Shown piece after piece: positions 63,923-64,000 of a stretch of 64,000 bases of DNA. Each line of letters begins with the position of its first letter. The stretch's first letter is position 1. The notes beneath the pieces are model-generated. The model saw only the letters and a list, made by a program, of their open reading frames with translations. It was not told where the DNA came from and ran no database searches. The position numbers and the translations under genes were made by a program. This DNA is from Eledone cirrhosa (taxonomy: Eukaryota): the NCBI GenBank assembly GCA_964016885.1, contig OZ024745.1:73656001-73720000 (forward strand), in the 5' to 3' direction.

Positions 63923-64000
<78 letters not shown>

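Overview
AT-rich, microsatellite-dense eukaryotic DNA made almost entirely of transposable elements. The repeat repertoire suggests an animal, possibly a cephalopod such as Octopus (inference only). No host gene could be supported. Two retroelement communities dominate. (1) A ~32 kb nest (21.6-54.0 kb) built on (TAA)n microsatellites contains five R4/Dong-type RLE LINE copies (two families), three Tx1-type APE LINE copies and several tRNA-derived SINEs. Orientation follows the TAA strand class by class, and the polarity flips at ~35 kb. The SINE 3' end mimics the Tx1 3' end, one SINE fragment is fused directly to a Tx1 3' end, and the Dong 5' leader resembles the Tx1 leader. (2) Both flanks carry Penelope-like elements (Neptune- and Naiad-type) and their derivatives at (TA)n tracts. 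These include about a dozen minimal hammerhead ribozyme motifs (some with recurrent non-canonical cores), foldback hairpins, and 565-633 bp head-to-tail arrays. A deleted Helitron and small MITEs are also present. All calls come from reading the sequence by eye; boundaries are approximate.
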